Assembly (NCBI GenBank): GCA_965203295.1 | Contig: CBDBCZ010000018.1 | Location: 512,001-576,000, forward strand | Direction of reading: 5' to 3' | DNA length: 64,000 bases | Source: Nitrospirales bacterium | GTDB lineage: Bacteria > Nitrospirota > Nitrospiria > Nitrospirales > UBA8639 | Shown: positions 43,101 to 52,929 of the stretch, piece by piece | Layout: every line of letters begins with the position of its first letter | How positions within the stretch are numbered: the stretch's first letter is position 1 | Translations under genes and position numbers: made by a program | The notes under the pieces: model-generated | Database searches by the model: none | Told to the model about the DNA's origin: nothing | What the model saw: the letters and a program-made list of their open reading frames with translations, nothing else

Positions 43101-46100
43101 CTTCCATCAAAATTCACTTCGCTCCACGAATCCCACATTCACAAGCACAAACCAAGCAGAGCAATTTCTCACAACAACAACCACCATACAACACACTCAA
43201 CAAAGTTGACAACACTCAATCTATACTTTACCAAACACACCCACATAGACCTCCGCTAAAAGAACCTGCACACACAAACACTCACAAAACTTCATCACAC
43301 TCAACAACCAAAGTCCCTCCACAAACATGACTCCACCCTCAATGACTCACTAGTCCAACATGTACACCATGAACACATTCAGCTACCCTCCACAACCTCC
43401 AACACACTCAGTCATTAGCAATACACACACACCAAATTACACTACAACTATTCACATCTCACATAATATATATATACGCGATTGTGGTGGGTGTGGTTGG
43501 AAAGATGTAGGGATGGTAGCTACGCATTGCGCTGTGATGTGTGGATTGTTTGTGCACGCATTGCGATGTGCATTGTTGCTTGTTTCATTGGTTTTTGGGG
43601 AACTGTTTTTTGATGAAAGTCCATCCCTACATTACTTGTTTTTGCACTTTTTATAATTCTTCTTGTCTCTTTCTTTCTTCAGCCAGGCTAGCACAATAAT
43701 GGCTGAAGCTATCACAATGATTCAAGCGCGAACAAGCTAGATATTCCCCGGGCTATTGCACTCGTAGCATAACGTTTTCAAAGAAACCGAACAGGTTTAG
43801 CAGTGATTTACGAGTACTCTCGAGGTGACGCTTGCCGTTTTACGCCATTTAATGACTACTGTTCTGTTCCGTTCGGTTTCGGAATTTAGTAACCGCCCCT
43901 TTCGTGTGTTCGTCTATTTAACGCCTACCTTTGATCGTGCCAGCTGTCCGGGCCTGAGCTGCATCTCCTGGTTCATCATTTTGTAAGTCACCCGAAAATT
44001 TAGCTACAATACACTTTCTCACATGGCTGATAGTATTGTTTTAGTAGTAGGGTAGCTAGCTACTGAAATAAAGGGGTGTCCAAGGGTGCATGGAATTGTC
44101 CGGACATACACAAGGAGAACAGTAGCTCACAATACATAACAAGGGCAGACAGAAAGGCCCACCGATCGAAATAAATTTGCTGTTAAATACGAGCACAGGC
44201 AGAAAAGCTTTGGTGTCCAGACAACCCCTACCGTCCGGACACCCCCTCACTAACTCTACTGGAGGGGGCAGGCAGCTATTTGTCTTTGTGAAACTAGAAA
44301 CTGCAATACATATTGTCCTTGGTGATAATTTGCAGATCAACATCATGGAGTACGGTACTACTCCATATGTTGGGATGGCCCTGGCCTCCCCATTAAAATG
44401 ACATGTTTAGTACTCTGCTGTAGGTGTAGTCTATGACTAATATGGAGCCTATGTACCACTTATTTTCGAGCGTTGTCGTCACTAACCAGGCTGTTAGCAC
44501 TGCTAAAGAACATCTCTGAAGTACCAAAGCGGCAAGTGGATAAAACCGCCGAATGGTCTATCTTTATTTTAGTCAGATAATCCTTAATTCAGTCAAACTA
44601 GCTCAATAATGAGTGAAGCAATTAAAAAGATTCCAATACGAACGGGCATGATTGACCCTCCGGTAGTGCCTTTCAGGCATAGCATTTTCAAAGAACTCGA
44701 ATCAGTTTAGCAGTGATAAGGAGCACTCTCGAGTGGACACTTGCCACTTACAGGCTGTTTTATGGTAAGATGGACTGCCTGCCAGCACGTGTTGGTCTAT
44801 TTAAAGCCTACCTTCGATCATGCATGAAAGCAAGGTTTATACATTTTATGAAAAAGAGGGCCCAGAATGAACAATGTACATTCAAAACCGACAAAGTATA
44901 AAAGGAGTTGTGTTGACCCTGACAAGAAATGGGCAGCCTCACGTGCCAGTTACATAGCTGATCTTGACAAGAGACCTTCCCACCCCCCCCATGCACATGC
45001 TGGCGAAGGCCTTCCTGATGCTGGCTGGAGTACAAATCGAAACCTATACTACACACATCCTCAAACACATTCCATTCCAATACCATCTACTGCACACATT
45101 TACACCTACACATTTGTTACCACTTCCCAAAAAAACGCCCAAAACAAGTTACAGAAAAAGCACTTTGCCAAAAAGTGCAAAAACAAGTAATGTAGGGATG
45201 GACTTTCACCAAAAAACAGTTCCCCAAAAACCAATTAAGCAAGCGACAATGCACATCGCAATGCGTGCACAGACAACCCACCCATCACAGCGCAATGCAT
45301 TTATTGCGTAGCTACCATCCCTACATCTTTCCAACCACACCCACCACAATCCGTACCTCGCCCCCATACTTAACTGCACACCCATTACTTCCTTCAACAC
45401 ACACAACCATCCACAATCATCATCACCATCATATATATACCACCGTTACATCCTTATTCACAATCTTTAAATGGCTACATCATAAAACACAACACCCCAC
45501 ACTACAGCCAACCCAAACCTTCACAGGAACTCTAGCGACTCCCATCAAAATTCACTTCACTCCACGAATCCCACATTCTCAAGCACAAACCAAGCAGAGC
45601 AATTCCTCACAATATCAACCACCATACAACACACTCAACAAAGTTGACAACACTCAACCTATACTTTACCAACACACCCACACAGACCTCCCCTACAAAG
45701 AACCTGCACATACAAACACTCTCAAAACTTCATCACACTCAACAACCAAACACAACCAAAGTCCCTATACAAACATGAGTCCACCCTCAATGACTCACTA
45801 GTCCAACATATATACACCATGAACACTTTCAGCTACCCTCCACACCCTCCAACATACTCAGTCATAGTTAGCAATATACACACATCAAATTACACTACCA
45901 CTATTCACATCTCACATATACATGATTGTGGTTGGAAAGATGTAGGGATGGTAGCTACGCAATAAATGCATTGCGCTGTGATGGGTGGGTTGTCTGTGCA
46001 CGCATTGCGATGTGCATTGTCGCTTGTTTCATTGGTTTTTGGGGAACTGTTTTTTGGTGAAAGTCCATCCCTACATTACTTATTTTTGCACTTTTTGGCA

Positions 46101-47310
46101 AATCTATTATTACTGTATGGTCACTCTTTGGCACTCTATGACATTGCGTGGTCGCTGTATGGCACTCCAAAGCATTGTATATATATATTATGGTCATGCG
46201 TGGTATGGCACTCTATGACATGTCATGGTCACTGTCGCTACAACACTCTATGGCATTGTATGGTGACTATTTTGAACTCAATGACTCACTTTGGTCCAGG
46301 CTGTATAGTTGCGGCATGTGGGATACATGGTATGTTGTTCAATCGGCTGAAGAGGCAGCGAGTCGAAGACTGTGAGTCTGCAACCCTAAGGAGAGTACAA
46401 CACCCAGCCATCACAATATCATTCATCACAATATGCTATCATGATTGTGGAAATCCAAGGTAGAAAATGAACATTATTCTGATGTGCAATCCGACTGTGT
46501 TTTTGTGTTTAAGTGTTAATATTAGACCTAACCTCCACTAAGTAGGGGTTAAATACGTTATGTAAATTTTGCACTTGTTGACGCAACTAGCTATGCAATG
46601 TGTTTGAGGCCCTGCCTTGTGCAAGTTGTGAAATATCACCTTTCGAAAGCAAAAACATAATATGAAACTTATAAATGCAAATTTCCTACACAAGAACACC
46701 TCACAATAGCTATACATTGCCACTTCCAACCACTACATACATTGCGCAGAAAAAAAAAGCTGTCAATTACAATACCCTTACGTAGAGAATTGGATTAGTC
46801 ATGGTGATGTAACTAAATACATGTTTTCTTGTACTTCACAACACCAAGCAATCCAGAATGTCTCTGCATTCACTGGGACACCTTCCAATCCCAATAAACC
46901 ACTCAGCACTGTCTAATCCACCATGGTGGAGTTTACTAGCATTAGGAGTTTGCACTAATACCTCCAGTAAATTTACAGTGGAGTTCGGCAATGATTGTAT
47001 GACTGAGTACAGCTAGGTCAATAGGACAGCTATATTCATAGCCGTTTTCAGCTTTACAAGCTGGATCTACACTCTAGTGTCCAATTTACCCCCTAGGTTA
47101 AAATTGTGTTAGAATAACCTTGCTTTACCTGGCAAGAAGCCTTCACCTAATATGTCTCTATCCATAATATTAGTGTTAATACACACACTCAGAACTGCAT
47201 ACACCCCATGAAACTCACCAACAAAACAAGTTTAAGTAACTGCAATCTTACCTGAGCATCCAGGCACAGCAAACAGCTGCAGTGCAAAATATGGCGACCT
47301 TAAACTCCAT
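31140..47310 (-). CDS. Secreted CUB-domain protein paralog, unit B1 (8 exons)
   Basis: Exons 47310-47252 (MEFKVAIFCTAAVCCAWML), 46385-46290, 40456-40286, 38519-38412, 36702-36608, 33753-33655, 32805-32747, 31364-31140 (stop) or 31364-31144 (GTAAGT donor). Phases and most exon sizes (59/108/95/99 nt) match copy A. No counterparts of copy A exons 8-9 were found. Confidence 0.8.
31515..31652. mobile_element. Tiny piggyBac-like MITE
   Basis: TTAA|CCCTTTACCAACCA..TGGTTGGTAAAGAG|TTAA. Confidence 0.65.
34145..34290. repeat. ~19-22-bp minisatellite (TAAATACCCATGGTCATTTAC-like), ~7 copies
   Basis: Directly visible. Confidence 0.85.
34803..35364 (+). mobile_element. Short DINE-1/Pearl-like element with (TATG)n core
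   Basis: 5' GC-rich fold-back containing GCGCGAGGCA, (TATG)n at 34862-34905, GCGCGAGGCA repeated near the 3' end, ends in CTAG. Confidence 0.45.
37115..37270. repeat. ~40-bp tandem repeat (GAAGTCGCCGGTTAGTCCAGGGTAGTTTAATGGACCCTTT), 3-4 copies
   Basis: Directly visible; probably subterminal repeats of an insertion extending toward ~38200. Confidence 0.75.
38702..39186 (-). mobile_element. Short DINE-1/HINE-like element
   Basis: On minus strand: TTTTT-ACCAGCC..GGCTGGT fold-back start, (TTTG/TCTG)n microsatellite, and terminal GGCTGG-TTTTTT subterminal IR. Confidence 0.55.
40715..46100 (-). mobile_element. Two copies of the same Helentron-like family, one (~40956-43652) nested in the other
   Basis: Reverse-complement similarity to 24431-26718. 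Hairpins at 40720, 40961, 41892 and 44344. The outer copy's terminal module is split between 40715-40952 and 43655-44340. Confidence 0.7.
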
Positions 47311-47349
47311 CTCCTGCGAATTTCGTTGAACAGGCGATATGTTCTAGTC

Positions 47350-47391
47350 TATTTATAGTAAATAATGCTGCCTCTTAGAATCTTCCAGAAT
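47350..47391 (-). promoter_or_regulatory. Putative promoter of unit B1: TATA box plus heat-shock element
   Basis: TATAAATA on minus strand at 47350-47357; aGAAt-cTTCc-aGAAt at 47377-47391; ATG at 47310. Confidence 0.5.
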
Positions 47392-48440
47392 GTCTAGCAT
47401 GGGATGCATACAGGATATTGCTGAATAGGATGTAACCCAAAGGAATCTGCAAACCTAGTGAAATCATGTGTACAACAGGATATTGCCTAATATGGAATAA
47501 CCTACAGAGTTGAATTTACTACAGGGCTGCTTGGGAATGGTATGGAAGTATTGGATGAGCCTGAAATACAACCAGGGTGTGTTTTCCAATATTAATTAAG
47601 TATCCTGTTTGGAGCCTCAAAAACAAATCGGCTGGAAATAGGTACATTGGTAATGTGAGGCTTGGGGTTAAAGATAGACAACTTGGAGTATAAACGAGGC
47701 TGGAAATGGGTAGATTGGTAATGTGAGGCCCGGAGTAAGATGGACACAGAACAGCCTGGAATATAACCAGGTGTGTGTTTTCCGATGTTAATTAAGCATT
47801 TTAATATGGAGCCTCATCAAAGTATTGGGCTAGGAAGTTCTAATTTTCAAGTACGGGTAGTGGTAGTAGGAACACCCAATTAGGATATATAGTTAGAGAA
47901 CAACAGCTATAACGCAGCTTTTGATTTGTACGGGAGTCATGCAACAAACCAGTGAAACAATCCTTTAGGCACACTACCACACTCAATATTCTAGTAATAT
48001 GCATCATGAAATGAATTTAAGCTCCGCCTACATTACACCCCTGCCCCTGCTTTTACAAGCTGTACAGCAGAATCAGTGTCAGGCCTTCCTTAGCACGCTT
48101 ACCAAGCCCCAATTCTACAACTTCCTGGATGTGATTACTAATGCAGCACTGCTCAAAGGAAGACCAAAATTCAGCTTATTTAACATCGGTACATTCAGCC
48201 ATTGTTTAATTATGTTAACAACTAGAAAAAAGGGGGCCCGGGCATGTACAGGGTCTGGACACATATTTATTGTGACTCATACGTAGTTTGTTTTGACTGC
48301 AATCGGTCACGCCCACTGCTTGGATACATGATCAGACATAATTCCTCAACATCCACACTGTTAAAATTCAATTGCCATATTGACTAGTGGGATGTTGTTT
48401 GAGTTTCAACAGGCATGGAAAATTGCAGCACCATTATTAT

Positions 48441-50205
48441 TCTCTGAGTCTTCCTCTGCCTCCTCTACATAAATTTACCTTAGTGATGCTCTTGAATCAT
48501 TTGTATTGGTAAATGCTTTCACATTCTTGACCCACACCATTCAATCTGTATCCAAGTTTGTGGTGTGTTGAAACTCAAACAGCAACCCACTAGAGATGAC
48601 GTGTTTATTTTAGCTGTGCATGCACTTCAGTGCACCTGCAAGGCAGTTTACTGTAGGTATTAAATTCTAGTTGTCAAAGTACTTGTTGTGAGAAGCTTAA
48701 CAGATCATTCTGAGCATCACCTTTTTCTGGGGTGTGAACCAAATGTACCAAGTAGATGACTTGATCGCACAGAAGAAGTCAACAGGAGTCTAGCAATTTT
48801 TCTACCCTTAGTCCCAGGCACTCATTTAGCTTTTATATTAAGATTCTTTGAACCAATGCTACAATCTTCTCTCTCAGCTGAGTTTAAGCTGAGAGAGAGA
48901 GTTTATTTTTCTCTGAGTCCTCCTCTGCCTCCTCTACATAAATTCACCTTAGTGATGCTCTTTAATCATTTGTATTGGTAAATGCTTTCGCATTCTTGAC
49001 CCACACCATTCAATCTGTATCCATGTTTGTGGTGTGTTGAAACTCAAACAACAACCCACTAGAGATGACGTGTTTATTTTAGCTGTGCATGCACTTCAGT
49101 GCACCTGCAAGGCAGTTTACTGTAGGGATTGGATTCTGGTTGTCAAATTAGGGGTTGTAAGAAGCTTAACAGATCATTCTGAGCATCACCTTTTTCTGGG
49201 GTGTGAACCGAAAAGTACCAAGTAGATGACTTGATCGCACAGAAGGAGTCAACAGGATACTAGCAATTTTCCTACCCTTAGTCCCAGGCACTCATTTAGC
49301 TTTCATATTAAGATTCTTGGAACCAATGCTACGATCTTCTCTCTCAGCTGAGTTTAAGCTGAGAGAGAGAGTTTATTTTTCTCTGAGTCTTCCTCTGCCT
49401 CCTCTACATAAATTCACCTTAGTGATGCTCTTTAATCATTTGTATTGGTAAATGCTTTCACATTCTTGACCCACACCATTTAATCTGTAATGTTTGTGGT
49501 GTGTTGAAACTCAAACAGCAACCCACTAGAGATGACATGTTTATTTTAGCTGTGCGTGCACTTGGATGCACCTACAAGGCAGTGTACTGTAGGTATTGGA
49601 TTAGATGACTTGACCGCACAGAAGAAGTCAACAGGAGGCTAGCAATTTTCCTACCCTTAGTCCCAGGCACTCATTTAGCTTTCATATTAAGATTCTTGGA
49701 ACCATTGCTACAATCTTCTCTCTCAGCTGAGTTTAAGCTGAGAGAGAGTTTATTTTTCTTTGAGTCTTCCTCTGCCTCCTCTACATAAATTCACCTTAGT
49801 GATGCTCTTTAATCATTTGTATTGGTAAATGCTTTCACATTCTTGACCCACACCATTCAATCTGTATCCATGTTCGTGGTGTGTTGAAACTCAAACAGCA
49901 ACCCACTAGAGATGATGTGTTTATTTTAGCTGTACATGCACTTCAGTGCACCTGCAAGGCAGTTTACTGTAGGTATTGGATTATGGTTGTCAAAGTACTT
50001 GTTGTGAGAAGCTTAACAGATCATTCTGAGCATCGCCTTTTTCTGGGGTGTGAACCAAAAGTACCAAGTAGATGACTTGATCGCACAGAAGGAGTCAACA
50101 GGAGGCTAGGAATTTTCCTATCCTTAGTCTCAGGCACTCATTTAGCTTTCATATTAAGATTCTTGGAACCAATGCTACAATCTTCTCTCTCAGCTGAGTT
50201 TAAGC
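48441..50205. repeat. Tandem array of a ~470-bp unit, 4 copies (third has ~90-bp deletion)
   Basis: Unit starts at 48441, 48910, 49380 and 49757; junction hairpin CTCTCTCAGC-TGAGTTTAA-GCTGAGAGAG. Confidence 0.93.
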
Positions 50206-50311
50206 AGCAGTGGCATCATTATTATGGCACTATCATAGACCTACTGCTGCCTGAACATACAAATGTTGATATTTACTACACACTTATGTCAGGTTATTAA
50301 GTGATTGGTGA

Positions 50312-50480
<169 letters not shown>

Positions 50481-50894
50481 GCCCGCCCGCCTATCAGTCT
50501 GTCTGTCTGCCTGTATACCTGTTAGTTACCAAAGTGATTCCTTTTGCTGCATCTCCAGCTATAGTACTACATTACTGGAATAGCCATAGTTTCTAAATAG
50601 AGTCACCCAAAAAACATTAATTAATTAAATTACCATGTTGCCATTTGGCTACATTTGCAAAAAAATTTCAAGAAATTACCAAGTTGCCACTTGGCAACAT
50701 TTGCACAAGATCTTAAACAAGGGGTTATGCCACACTATACCATAACAGATTAGCTACCATGCCTACATATTAATTTTGGACATCTTCAAAACAGGCATTC
50801 ACCAGACTGGTTAAGGCATTTCACATGACCTTGTCACATGTTATCACTGTACTACCAGCTGCTGTGATTTATCTTGAAATACACAGGGCAGCAA

Positions 50895-51270
50895 TACCGT
50901 AGAGCCGGAAAATTTGGCCAGGACCTTAATTTGGCGGTTTGGCGAATCGTAAAAAGTCGCCAAATTAAATTCTCACGCATTATGTAATACGTGACACCCA
51001 CGCGCGTATGCAGCTACGAGAAAGAAGGTTCCCACTCCACGTACGTGTTTCCTCTCTGTCCAGGAAGGATACCGAACTTGCGAACAAAGCTGTAAAGCGC
51101 TCTCTATCTGGAGACTCGAAGCCTGTCTCACAGTCACCTCGAGGCAAGTATATTAAACACTAGTCTACACGCCAGAAGGGCATGAATTGGAAAGTATGCC
51201 GCTGACAACGGAGCGACAAAGGCCGCTACACTTTAAAGCTTCTGGATAGTAAGATCAGCGAGTCCAACGC
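50895..51270 (+). mobile_element. Tc1/mariner-pogo-like left end with decayed transposase N-terminus
   Basis: TA|CCGTAGAGCCGGAAAATTTGGC.. terminus; fragments PRGKY and IGKYAADNGATKAA..KISES; no right end found. Confidence 0.45.
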
Positions 51271-51417
51271 CTCCATTCTCGGCAACGTGGGGATATTCTC
51301 CATGTACCGTTCCTGGGATTACATCATTGTTTACATCATATACCGTACACGAGATGATATCATTGCTTACGTCTTTGAATAGCGCATGCGTGCAAGCATT
51401 AGCAATTATAGTACCGG

Positions 51418-52600
51418 CGGTTCACCAGTTGTGGTGGTTCACTGGTTCAGGTGGTTCACTGGTTCAGGTGGTTCACTGGTTCAGGTGGTTCACTGGTTCA
51501 CTGGTTCAGGTGGTTCACTGGTTCAGGTGGTTCACTGGTTCACTGGTTCAGGTGGTTCACTGGTTCAGGTGGTTCACTGGTTCACTGGTTCAGGTGGTTC
51601 ACTGGTTCAGGTGGTTCACTGGTTCAGGCGGTTCACCGGTTCCGATGGTTCACTGGTTCTGGTGGTTCACTGGTTCAGGTGATTCATTGGTTCGGGTGGT
51701 TCACTGGTTCTGGCGGTTCACTGGTTCAGGTGGTTCACTGGTTTAGGTGGTTCATTGGTTCGGGTGGTTCACTGGTTCTGGCAGTTCACTGGTTCAGGTG
51801 GTTCACTGGTTCAGGTGGTTCACTGGTTCAGGTGGTTCACTGGTTCAGGGGGTTCACTGGTTCAAGTGGTTCACTGGTTCTGGTGGTTCACTGGTTCAGG
51901 TGGTTCACTGGTTCAGGGGGTTCACTGGTTGGGGTGGTTCACTGGTTCAGGCGGTTCACCGGTTCCCTGGTTCTGGCGGTTCACTGGTTCTGATGGTTCA
52001 CTGGTTCAGGTGGTTCACTGGTTCAGGTGGTTCACTGGTTCATGTGGTTCACTGGAACAGGTGGTTCACTGGTTCAGGTGGTTCACTGGTTCACTGGTTC
52101 AGGTGGTTCACTGGTTCTGGTGGTTCACTGGTTCTGATGGTTCACTGGTTCAGGCGGTTCACTGAATCAGGTGGTTCACTGGTTGAGGCGGTTCACTGGT
52201 TCAGGTGGTTCACTGGTTCATGTGGTTCACTGGTTCAGGTGGTTCACTGGTTCACTGGTTCAGGCGGTTCAGGTGGTTCACTGGTTCAGGTGGTTCACTG
52301 GTTCAGGTGGTTTACTGGTTCAGGTGGTTCACTGGTTCAGGTGGTTCACTGGTTCACTGGTTCAGGCGGTTCATGTGGTCCACTGGTTCAGGTGGTTCAC
52401 TGGTTCACTGGTTCAGGCGGTTCAGGTGGTTCACTGGTTCAGGTGGTTCACTGATTCAGGTGGTTCACTGGTTCAGGTGGTTCACTGGTTCAGGATGTTC
52501 ACTGGTTCAGGTGGTTCACTGGTTCTGACTTGTTCATGATGATTCACTGATTCAGCCGAGTCATTGGTTCCGGTGTTTCAGTTGGTTCACTGGTTGAGGT
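51418..52600. repeat. ~1.2-kb minisatellite of GGTTCACT (8 bp) and GGTTCAGGT (9 bp) monomers, dominant 17-bp period
   Basis: Directly visible; degenerates toward 52540-52600. Confidence 0.97.
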
Positions 52601-52929
52601 ATTTCAAATCAGACATTGAAACAGGGTGTCAATGACAGATGTGATACTGACAGCCTTCTTGCAAGGGTGGGTCTATGGCTATTCATGCAGTGAGTACATA
52701 ATATAAATATTCCATGTATGGTGTAGTATTTTTCTGTGATGTATTATACTTTTTAAGAAACACATCCATGGAAGAAGTGAAGAACCACGTGTCAGTTTAA
52801 AGCATATTACATATATCATTCAAAGTGAGTGAAAACTAAAGGACTTACTAACTATCTAAAATAGTGAGTGAACAAAACTGAAACACAATCAAATGACCTA
52901 AATTACAGTAGTTCAATTTCTCAGTGGTC

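Noticed and set aside
45265..45801. His/Thr/Pro-rich ORFs (also 24797-25560)
   Set aside because: Result of the CA-skewed spacer in the Helentron-like repeat; frames are not conserved among copies.
51327..52539. Long plus-strand ORFs (GSGGSLVQVVHWFRWFT repeats)
   Set aside because: Artefact of a stop-free 17-bp satellite that is open in all three frames.
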